Positions 55,123 through 64,000 of a stretch of 64,000 bases of DNA are shown piece by piece (within the stretch, counting starts at the first letter, position 1; each line of letters begins with the position of its first letter). Origin of the DNA: Hypanus sabinus (Eukaryota); NCBI RefSeq assembly GCF_030144855.1, contig NC_082714.1:42966001-43030000 (forward strand). The letters run 5' to 3'. The translations under genes and the position numbers were made by a program. The notes beneath the pieces were generated by a model, which did not search any database, was not told the DNA's origin, and was given only the letters and a program-made list of their open reading frames with translations.

Positions 55123-57200
55123 TAGCAGTATTTCGTCATCAGTGATCCCTCAACATTGAAATTTATCACAATGACAGCTGAGTTCAAGCACTTTTCATCA
55201 AACGTTGTTATAAAATTCTACATTGAAAACTATGTCATTGGTGGCACTCGCAGTACAGTGCCCAGTTTCAGTAGAGTGAATCATCTTATTTTTATAAGAA
55301 TATTTGTTGTTTATTTTGGAAAAGTCAATAAAAACCCTAGGAAATACATAATCATGGATTTGTAGAGAATATATTCAGAAATTCGAATAAGTAATCACTT
55401 TTTGTATATATTCCATATTGACATCAGTATAGCAGAAAATGTTACCCCCCCCTCCAAAAAAGGTAAAAAACCTCATTCAGAGAGATTTCTGGAGTTTTAT
55501 CAATATTATGCTATTTTCCATATTGTTGTATCAAATCAAAACAATCTTAAGCTTTTATCATAGCATATACAATTACAGTACAATAATTCAAATGTGGGGT
55601 TCCACATGGTCATAACCTAGGCCCCATTTGGTTGTAAAATGAATATATTTAATCAAAGACTGATTTCCATACTTTCATAACCTATTAATAATCATAATAA
55701 TTTTCCAAGTCTTCCACATCTTCATCTGAACTTTCCACACTCTCTGAGGTGGATGCCTGTTTCTCACAGTCTGCCAGTCTACACATCAGTACTCCTGAGG
55801 CCATATGCAACATACATACATCTTGTTAGTGAACATTTTTTTTTAGACAGTTACAGGCCAGTAGATCCAGGACAGCATCAGGTGCTGGCTGGCCTTCCAT
55901 CCAGTGCACCACCATCTTCATCTTCCATCCAGTTCATCTTCCTCTGCTCTTTCCACCCTCTGCCAACAGGGCTTGGCACTTATGGGTCCTTATCCATATA
56001 TCAGCCTGGTAGTTGGCTCACTGTGCATTTTTTGTTAAGCAGTCCTTGGATGGTGGGAGTTGATGACTTTCGATTTCACGTTTGTTTTGGCACAGAAAGA
56101 CACCCCATGCCCAAGCCTGTTCAGTGTTTGGATGAGCTCAGTGCTTTTACTGCATAAGGAAGTAGAAGGTGCGTTGGTGGTTTATGTTGACTGTGTCAAA
56201 GCATAGATGTCCCGACTAAATGGGAGCAGTGATCCTCTGTTTGAGTCTTGGTATCAGGATTTCCAGTAAGCAGTCCAATAAGAAACCACTCTAGGTGATC
56301 CAGTATGAAGGTATGAGCACTATCTTTCATATCAGATGGATGGAATGGCCAGGGAGTCACAGTCATTTCCTGTCTAATGATTGATCTGATGTGTGATGAA
56401 GTCTGATCTATGATCTTGTTGACTTAGCCCTCCAAGCTTTGAGTTCCCTCTGTCGAGTTTGATTTTCCAAGGCAACGCCATTAATGATACACTTTCAGGA
56501 ACCATTAACAATTTTCCTTTGCGATCTGGAAATATATCTACTGAATTGCCCAGCTCAGACTCCAGATTTCTACAAATGTGCTTCCTTGTAGAATCTTGCA
56601 GGAGTGTAACTCCACCAGGTAGCATGAAAGATTCAAGTTTTGTGACCAATGAAGTGACTTGTCCAGTCATCTTGACGGGAATGATATCAGTTCTGATATA
56701 GTTGAAAAGGTCTTTACAGGCTCCCCTTTCAATCCTTTTATACAATTCATCACCATCTGTCTCATCATCATTCTCTTTGTACTCAGGTTCCTTTTTCTTG
56801 ATTCTGGTATAATCCTTATAGCATGAAACATGATAGTGGGCCTCTGCAGCAACTATGTCTCTGCTTGTTACTGCTACAATCTTTTTATCTTCCTTTTGGG
56901 TTGCACATTCACGTAGTGAGTTGTACCGCTTGAGTAAGCTTTTCACGTGACTTGGAGCCCTTCAGCAATTTCACCTTATTACAAAAAATGCAGATTTGAT
57001 CACACATCCTTGCTTCTGATGAAGATCTCCTACCTGGCCTTTTTGATGTACAGGTATTCTCACCAGCTTCATCAGTAATGTTTTCCTTGGCTTTCCTTTT
57101 CAGAGTCTCTAAGTCTCTCTTCATGGTGAAGAGACTTCAGCAATTTTGGTGATAGTAGGTTCTTGGGATTTCTTCTTCTCCAAGTTCTTTACCTACATCT
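55123..57200 (-). mobile_element. Academ-like DNA transposon remnant
   Basis: DIVAAEAHYHVSCY (56374-56946); C-terminal PSPVGRGW...VLDLLACNCLKKC...Cys-rich finger (about 55760-56070); TAG terminus where blocks A and B diverge. Confidence 0.5.
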
Positions 57201-59990
57201 GGTTTTACAACCATTTTTTTTAATAAATTGCTTGAATTCCTGGCTATTGGCCAGTAAGCTCCTTGCATTCCATTGTAAAAGAATCACCATAATTAGTATG
57301 AACCAACCCATGACACTTCCTGGTTTGACTGATTAGTGAGGTTCTCCCTCACTTCTTCCTATGTCACTCCTACTAACCCTAAATGGTTCATTGCTGCTTT
57401 GACAACCAGCTGAATTTTTTCACTTTTTGACTTTACCTCAGCTGTACTATTAATCACTCCTGCAATGAATATTACTAGAGCCTTTTTGTGTACATAAATT
57501 CTGTCATTTGTTCTTCGTTGCATCTCTCGCATCCCTCTAGCTCCCTGTTCATTGGAAATATTATTCTGTTCTCTTGACATTCTTACAGCTTCTGCATAAG
57601 TGATTTTTTTTCACTCTTATTTCTTGAATTTTATTCTCCCATCTCATAACCTCACACCCACTATTTGCCACATTATGCGCTCCTCCACAATTACAGCATT
57701 TTGGTTGTACTCCTGTTCCACACTTTCCATACTCATGATCACCCCTACATCTAGCACATCTCCTCCACCTATTACAGTTTTTAGCTATGTGTCCAAACCT
57801 TTGACAATGGCACCTCAATGGCTTTGGCACATACACTGTAACTCATGAAACCCAGTAACACTTTCCTTGGCACTCTTTCTTCTTCAATCAATACCGTCTC
57901 ACTTTCCCTTTTCACTCCATCCTTTGTTGTTTTCAGTCTTTGAACATTCATTATTTTTCCTCTTTAGCTCCTCCATATTTATACTCACGGTACCCCCGTG
58001 ATCACTCCTTTACATCCACCACCATTTCGTGCTCCCACCCTCCCTGTGTATTCCACCTTACATTTCCCTATCTCTCTTAATTTGAGTGCCTTATCAAGCG
58101 GTTCCCCATTCGCACATTTTACGAAGGGGTAATGAAGGGTCTCGGCACGACACACAGTGCTTCCTCCTATAGTTCCACCAGCAATTTGTGTGTGTTGTGC
58201 GCACATTTTACCAATAGGTTGCCATCATTAAGGACATTTGCAAATATTATTTTTTACCCCATCTTATTTGCCAGTGTTGTTGTAGGCACAAACGGGATAA
58301 TTTTCTTCATGTTACCTTGAGCCTTCTCATTAAACGTTTTTCTAGTAACACTGTGGTGACCCATTTCCTGGCATATCCGAACCGGCTCACAATTAGATAG
58401 CCTACAGGGGTTTGCGAGCACAGAGCTTTGGAGCCTCTGCGCCACGGGGGGGGGGGGGGGCAGGTTGAGGGAGGCTTAAAAGTGAGGCTGAGGATTTCGA
58501 ATAGAGTTTTTTCCTTCGACTGCAGTTACCGACTCCGTGTCGTAATTTTAGCGCTGCGTGTAGCACACCGCTACAATTGGTGACCCCGACGGTCCAAACG
58601 ATTTTTGGACCAGAAATGACCGATGCCGCCTCTGTTCATGCAGTTTCGTTGAAACTGCCGGGTTTCTGGACACAGCGACCGAACCTATGGTTTCCAGCAG
58701 GTTCGTTTGGCACGGACTCCGCAAACAGGTCAGTGAATGGGCCAAAACGTGCATGCACTGCCAGACGGCCAAGGTGCAGCGGCACACCAAAGCCCCACCG
58801 CAGCAATTCCATCCGGCCCACCAGCGTTTCGACCACATTCATGTGGATATTGTGGGCCCCCTGCCCGTGTCGAGAGGAGCGCGGCACCTCCTGACTATCG
58901 TGGACTGGTTCACAAGATGGCCAGAGGCGGTCCCGCTCACCGACACCACCTCCGAATCTTGCACCCTAGCCCTGATCACCATCTGAATATCTCGCTTTGG
59001 TGTACCGGCCCACATTACCTCCGACAGAGGCGCCCAGTTCACCTCCAGCCTGTGGTCAGCTATGGCCAGCCTTTTGGGGACAGCTGCACCACACAACTGC
59101 CTACCACCCACAGTCGAACGGGCTAGTGGAGCGTTTCCACCGTCACCTGAAGTCGGCCCTCATGGCCCGCCTGCGAGGAGCCAACTGGGCGGACGAGCTT
59201 CCCTGGGTCCTACTCGGCATCCGCACAGCGCCCAAGGACGACCTGCACGCCTTGTCAGCCGAGTTGGTAGATGGCGCACCCCTGGTCGTCCCCAGGGAGT
59301 TCCTACCAGCCCCACAGGGGCAAGAGGAAGATCCAGCAGCAGTCCTGGGCAGACTACGCGAGAAGCTCGGTAACCTGGCCCCCATACCCACTTCACAGCA
59401 CGGGTGGAACCCAACCTGCGTACCCAAAGACCTGCAGAACTGTAAGTTTGTGTTTGTACGAAGGGGCGGGCATCGGCCACCGCTGCAGCGGCCATACGAG
59501 GGGCCGTTTATGGTGCTCAGGAACAACGGGTCCATGTTCGTGCTGGACGTTGGGGGGAAAGAGGAGGTTTTCACGGTGGACCGCCTCAAACCGGCCCATG
59601 TGGACCTGGCGCAACCGGCCGAGTTTCCGGCACCTCGGCGCAGAGGCCGACCTCCCAAACAGGGTCCGGCCCAGACTGTGGATATTGGGGGGTGTATCGC
59701 CGGTTCTGGGGGGGGGGGTTATGTGGCGACCCATTTCCTGGCACATCTGAACTGGCTCACAATTAGATGGCCTACGGGGGTTTGCAAGCACAGAGCTTTG
59801 GAGCCTCTGTGCCACGGGGGGCAGGTTGAGGGAGGCTTAAAAGTGAGGCTCAGGATTTCGAATAAAGTTTTTTCCTTCGACTGCAGTTACCGACTCCGTG
59901 TCGTAATTTTAGCGCTGCATGTAGCACACCGCTACAACACCTTCTCCGTGAACTTGATCATCTTCTTTACTTCTCCACTACCATTTCACA
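57195..59990 (-). mobile_element. Nimb/I-clade LINE 5' part (ORF1 plus ORF2 start), interrupted by Gypsy
   Basis: YVPKPLRC..CQRFGH..KNC...CARC...CCNCGGAH zinc knuckles; ORF2 start MVILLQWNARSLLAN; ORF1 resumes at 59941-59990. Confidence 0.85.
58352..59936 (+). mobile_element. Gypsy LTR retrotransposon, internally deleted (gag start fused to integrase)
   Basis: LTRs 58352-58575 and 59722-59936 (TG...CA); TSD ACAC; PBS TGGTGACCCCGACG (tRNA-Trp); G-rich PPT; integrase HVDIVGPL, YHPQSNGLVERFH, PYEGPF. Confidence 0.95.
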
Positions 59991-60228
59991 GGCGATCTCC
60001 GGCGCGCACGTCTATTAAAGCTTCTGAGATCTCGCGAGATTAACCAACCGGGATTACCTGGCCCAGATGGGAGGTGAGGGCCCGGACCGAGCATGGAGTA
60101 ATTCATCGGCTTTGAACAAATTCATATTTATATGTTATTCGGTGTCGGGGCGGGGGAAGAGGTGCGGCGGCTAGGGTATAAACCGGTAGTACTGCAGACT
60201 TTGGTGTCGCAGTGTAAGGAAGGTGAGG
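59990..60228 (+). promoter_or_regulatory. Promoter copy C, retaining the RPS2-side TATA-like box
   Basis: TCTATTAAAGCTTCT shared with 32504-32518; TCTCGCGAGA 60030-60039; GC box; TATAAA 60177-60182; donor at 60223. Confidence 0.78.
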
Positions 60229-60559
60229 TGATTATGAATGCCTGATAGATCACTGTATAAAACTGCAAATTGCAGTGGTTATTTAGCAATGCACCTCGTT
60301 ATCGAAAACGCTTGTTTGTATTATCAGGTTCTGCACATACAAACATATTTAACACATTAAACTACAAAATAGTATCGAGTGATATTCACCAGCGGTTCAA
60401 AATTTAATGGTAGAGAGAATTTTTTTTACTAAATCGTTGTTTTAAAGTTACAATGTAAATGTTTGCACCTGTTGAGCTTTAATTAAAGAATCTATTCTGT
60501 TTGTTATTTATCACGTATGTCGTGAAAGATTCATTTTACGGCCATAGCGCAGTTTAAAG

Positions 60560-61569
60560 CAGAGATGACCAACCTATGGCACAGAATTTGGTGTATTGGA
60601 TGATTAGAAGTGGCACATTGCACCACAGTGATAATAAAAAAAGTAAGCCTACTCATGCAAAAAGTATTCACGAAAAACTGATTTGTAGAAAAAATCAATA
60701 ACAGAATTCAAGTAGCTTAGAGCTAGAAATGGGTTGTACTAAGAATAAATCTAAAACTTAGCAATTATTTTGAGTGATTTTATCATTTAATGCACAGCTT
60801 TTTGACAAATGTTATCATCTTTCACGTTAATCTGTTTTCAATTTAAAAAGCATCAAACTAGGAAAGAAGGACTTCTGTTCTGCAGTCATTCCATAACTGT
60901 TCAATATACATTTGATACTTGTTTGATCCTGAGGCGCCAGGTGTCTGCACCAGTGGTGCATCGCAGGTTTTTGCCAGTCAGTTTACAACTGACAGTCGTG
61001 TGCTACGGAGTTGTGCTTTGTTCTTCCTTTGTGAAACATTTGCAGTTTTGTACTTTTTTGAAAATTAAGCCGTATTTTTCAATTCAGTTACCCATCACCG
61101 TGCAAAAGAAAATGAGCAAAAGAAAAGCAGAAAATTATAATAAGTGTATATTCAATGAGCAGTGTGAAAATGAGTTTTTATTTATCGCGGGTCCGTCAGG
61201 AAAACCGTTGTGCATTGTTTGTGAAAACACTTTCTCACATAATAGAAGTCATGATCTTAATACACACACAATATCAGACTGGAATAGAAGGAAAACTGAA
61301 GCTAGTGCTTGGGTCTGAGTTACGGAAAGAATATGTGATTAAGAAAAAGGAAGAAATGAAAAGAAGACAAAATATCTTTGTTAAAAGTCTCATTAAGGTA
61401 AGTAATGTTTATCTTGTTTTATTTTAAATCAATGTATCATGTAAAAATGCTAAATATGTCTATATTAACATATTTTTACAAGAATTGAATGGGGGTGCAG
61501 AGTTCTGTGGCGCATCTGAACGTGCGTGAAAAAATTGATGCATGGAATGTAAAAGGTTGGCCACCCCTG
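60560..61569 (+). mobile_element. hAT transposon derivative
   Basis: 8-bp TSD GTTTAAAG; TIRs CAGAGATGACCAACC / GGTTGGCCACCCCTG; MSKRKAENY...KPLCIVC; empty site in blocks A and B. Confidence 0.92.
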
Positions 61570-61831
61570 GTTTAAAGGTACAGAGTATTGTTATGAACTA
61601 CAAAGTAAGTAGTGCAACACAAAACGAAGCCATGTCCATGAACTGTGGAAATCTGATAGTGCGGGGGGGGGGGGGGTGCGAGAAGAGATTGTTTTTAATT
61701 GTTGCATGTGGGCCTCTCCCCAGTGGTAGAGAGAAGAGGGCACATCCCTGATAATGAGGGTCCTTAATGATCCTTACCACTGCCCTGAGTTGCAATCTGT
61801 TGGAAGAGTGATAAAGGATCTTGACCTGAAA

Positions 61832-62627
61832 GACAATAGACAGTAGGTGCAGGAGTAGGCCATTCGGCCCTTCTAGCCAGCACCGCCATTCACTGTGATC
61901 ATGGCTGATCATACACAATCAGTACCCCGTTCCTGCCCACTCCCCATATCCCTTGACCCCACTATCTATAAGAGCTCTATCTAACTCTCTCTTGAATGCA
62001 TCCAGAGACTTGGCCTCCACTGCCTTCTGGGGCAGAGCATTCCACATATCCACCACTCTCTGGGTGAAAAAGTTTTTCTGCATCTCTGTTCTAAATGGCC
62101 TACCCCTTATTCTTAAACTGTGCCTCTAGTTCTGGACTTACCCATCCATGGGAACATGCTTCCTGCCTCCAGCGTGTCCAGTCCCTTAATAATCTTATAT
62201 GTTTCAATCAGATCCCCTCTCATCCTTCTAAATTCCAGTGTATACAAGCCCAATTGTTCCAATCTTTTAACACATGAAAGTCCCGCCATTCCAGGAATTA
62301 ATCTTGTGAACCTACGCTGCACTCCCTCAATAGCAAGAATGTCCTTCCTCAAATTTGGAGACCAAAACTGCACACAATACTCCAGGTGGGGTCTCATCAG
62401 GGCCCTGTACAGCTGCAGAAGGACCTCTTTACTCCTATACTCAATTCCTCTTGTTATAAAGGCCAGCATGCCATTAGCTTTCTTCACTGCCTGCTGAACC
62501 TGCATGCTTGCTTTCATTGACTGATGTACAAGAACACCTAGATCTCATAGTATTTTCCCTTTTCCTAACTTGATTCCATTTAGATAATAATCTGCCTTCC
62601 TGTTCTTGCCACCAAAATGGATAACCT
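61832..62627 (-). mobile_element. CR1 LINE 3' portion
   Basis: ORF 62113-62517 (RPHLEYCVQFWSP, RGDLIETYKI) and CR1 3'UTR. Confidence 0.9.
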
Positions 62628-62883
62628 TGTGGCGACCCATTTCCTGGCGTAACCGAACCGACTCACAATTAGATAGCCTACGGGGGTTTGCGAGCACAGA
62701 GCTTTGGAGCCTCTGCGCCATGGGGGGGCCGGTTGAGGGAGGCTTAAAAGTGAGGCTGAAGTTTTCGAATAAAGTTTTTTCCTTCGACTGCAGTTACCGA
62801 CTCCGTGTCGTAATTTTAGCGCTGCGTGTAGCACACCGCTACAATTGGTGACCCCGACGGTCCAAACGATTTTTGGACCAGAA

Positions 62884-63570
62884 ATGACCGACGCCGCCTC
62901 TGTTCATGCGGTTTCGTTGAAACTGCCAGGTTTCTGGACACAGCGACCGAACTTATGGTTCCAGCAAGCCGAAGCCCAATTCCACGTTCGCCAGATCACC
63001 TCAGAAGACACCCGCTACTACTACGTGGTGAGCTCCCTCGACCAGGACACAGCGGCCCAGGTCGTGGAGTTCGTACAGTCGCCCCCGGTAGACAGCAAGT
63101 ACACGGAATTCAAAGCCCTGCTCCTCAGGACTTTCGGACTCTCACGGCGCGAGCGGGCTGCCCGTTTACTGCACCTGGACGGCTTGGGCGACAGACCTCC
63201 ATCGGCTTTAATGAATGAGATGTTGTCTCTGGCCGACGGACACACATGCCTCATGTTTGAGCAGGCATTCCTGGAGCAGCTGCCCGAGGACATACTCCTG
63301 CTGCGGTCCGACGCGGATTTCAGCAACCCCCGGAAGGTGGCAGCCCGGGCGGACTTGCTGTGGAAAGCCAAGAAGGTGAGTGGGGCATCCATCTCACAGA
63401 TCACCAGGCCAAGCTCCCAGCAGCAAACCAGTCCAGGCCCGGCCGCAGAGCCCGCCAACCCCCGGCCCAATGAACACTGGTGCTTCTACCACCAGCGGTG
63501 GGGTGCAGAAGCCCGCCGTTGTCGCCTGCCCTGCAAGTTCCCGGGAAATGCCAGGGCCAGCCGCTGCTGA
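62884..63570 (+). CDS. Gypsy Gag
   Basis: VSLKLPGFW...WFQQAEAQF...CFYHQRWG.EARRC..PC; open frame. Confidence 0.85.
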   Translation: MTDAASVHAVSLKLPGFWTQRPNLWFQQAEAQFHVRQITSEDTRYYYVVSSLDQDTAAQVVEFVQSPPVDSKYTEFKALLLRTFGLSRRERAARLLHLDGLGDRPPSALMNEMLSLADGHTCLMFEQAFLEQLPEDILLLRSDADFSNPRKVAARADLLWKAKKVSGASISQITRPSSQQQTSPGPAAEPANPRPNEHWCFYHQRWGAEARRCRLPCKFPGNARASRC

Positions 63571-64000
63571 TGGCTACGGCGGCTGGGCATCGGGATAGCC
63601 TCCTGTATGTGTGGGATAGAAAGTCGGGACGCTGGTTTTTGGTCGACACTGGTGCCGAGATCAGCGTTTTACCTCCGACGAGTTACGACACCCGCAGCAG
63701 GGCACCGGGTCCCCCCCTGAGGGCCGTGAATGGCAGCACCGTAAGGACCTATGGCACCCGTCAGGTGCAGCTACTGTTCGGCTCCAGCAGGTTCACGTGG
63801 GACTTCACACTGGCCGCCGTAGCCCAACCGCTTCTGGGTGTGGATTTTTTGCGGGCTCACAGCCTACTGGTCGACCTGCCCAGGAAGAGACTGGTACACG
63901 CCGAGACCTTTCAGACGTTCTCCCTGGGTGCAGCCCAGTTGCCAGCCCCTCACCTCGGCTCCATCACGCTGTCCGACAACGACTTCACCAGGGTCCTGGC
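63570..64000 (+). CDS. Gypsy Pol N-terminus (aspartic protease), partial
   Basis: -1 frame relative to gag: MATAAGHRDSLLYVWDRKSGRWFLVDTGAEISVLPP...LLGVDFL. Confidence 0.8.
   Translation, partial: MATAAGHRDSLLYVWDRKSGRWFLVDTGAEISVLPPTSYDTRSRAPGPPLRAVNGSTVRTYGTRQVQLLFGSSRFTWDFTLAAVAQPLLGVDFLRAHSLLVDLPRKRLVHAETFQTFSLGAAQLPAPHLGSITLSDNDFTRVL

Larger units (their letters stand above)
62628..64000 (+). mobile_element. Gypsy LTR retrotransposon (same family as 58352-59936), young, runs off the window
   Basis: 5' LTR 62628-62843; tRNA-Trp PBS; intact gag; protease FLVDTGAEISV. Confidence 0.95.

Overview
Eukaryotic, repeat-rich vertebrate DNA. The repeat content suggests a cartilaginous fish, probably a ray (inference). 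No intact host protein-coding gene was recognised. The backbone is a tandem segmental duplication of the RPS2 / SNHG9-like head-to-head locus. Three paralogous CpG-rich bidirectional promoters (about 6.77, 40.66 and 60.03 kb) each carry a TCTCGCGAGA-type motif, a GC box, a TATA-like box and a 5'TOP-like first exon. The window holds one complete, dead, intron-containing RPS2 copy (minus strand, 16.4-32.5 kb). It also holds two identical SNORA78-like H/ACA RNAs and a second, unnamed H/ACA candidate in two copies. The rest is nested transposable elements: Tx1, Nimb/I, CR1, Rex/Babar, Penelope, Gypsy, Tc1, pogo/Tigger, hAT and Academ-like. Most notable: at all three promoter copies a Nimb/I-clade LINE sits in the same orientation within about 40 bp of the TCTCGCGAGA motif, and at least two different LINE families are involved, which suggests promoter-targeted retrotransposition. 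Other highlights: a Tx1 element capped by a U2 snRNA fragment; a hAT element carrying the 3' end of 28S rRNA; a processed ZDHHC1/11 copy inside an LTR-like insert at an RPS2 splice acceptor; and an unidentified multi-kb fossil ORF.
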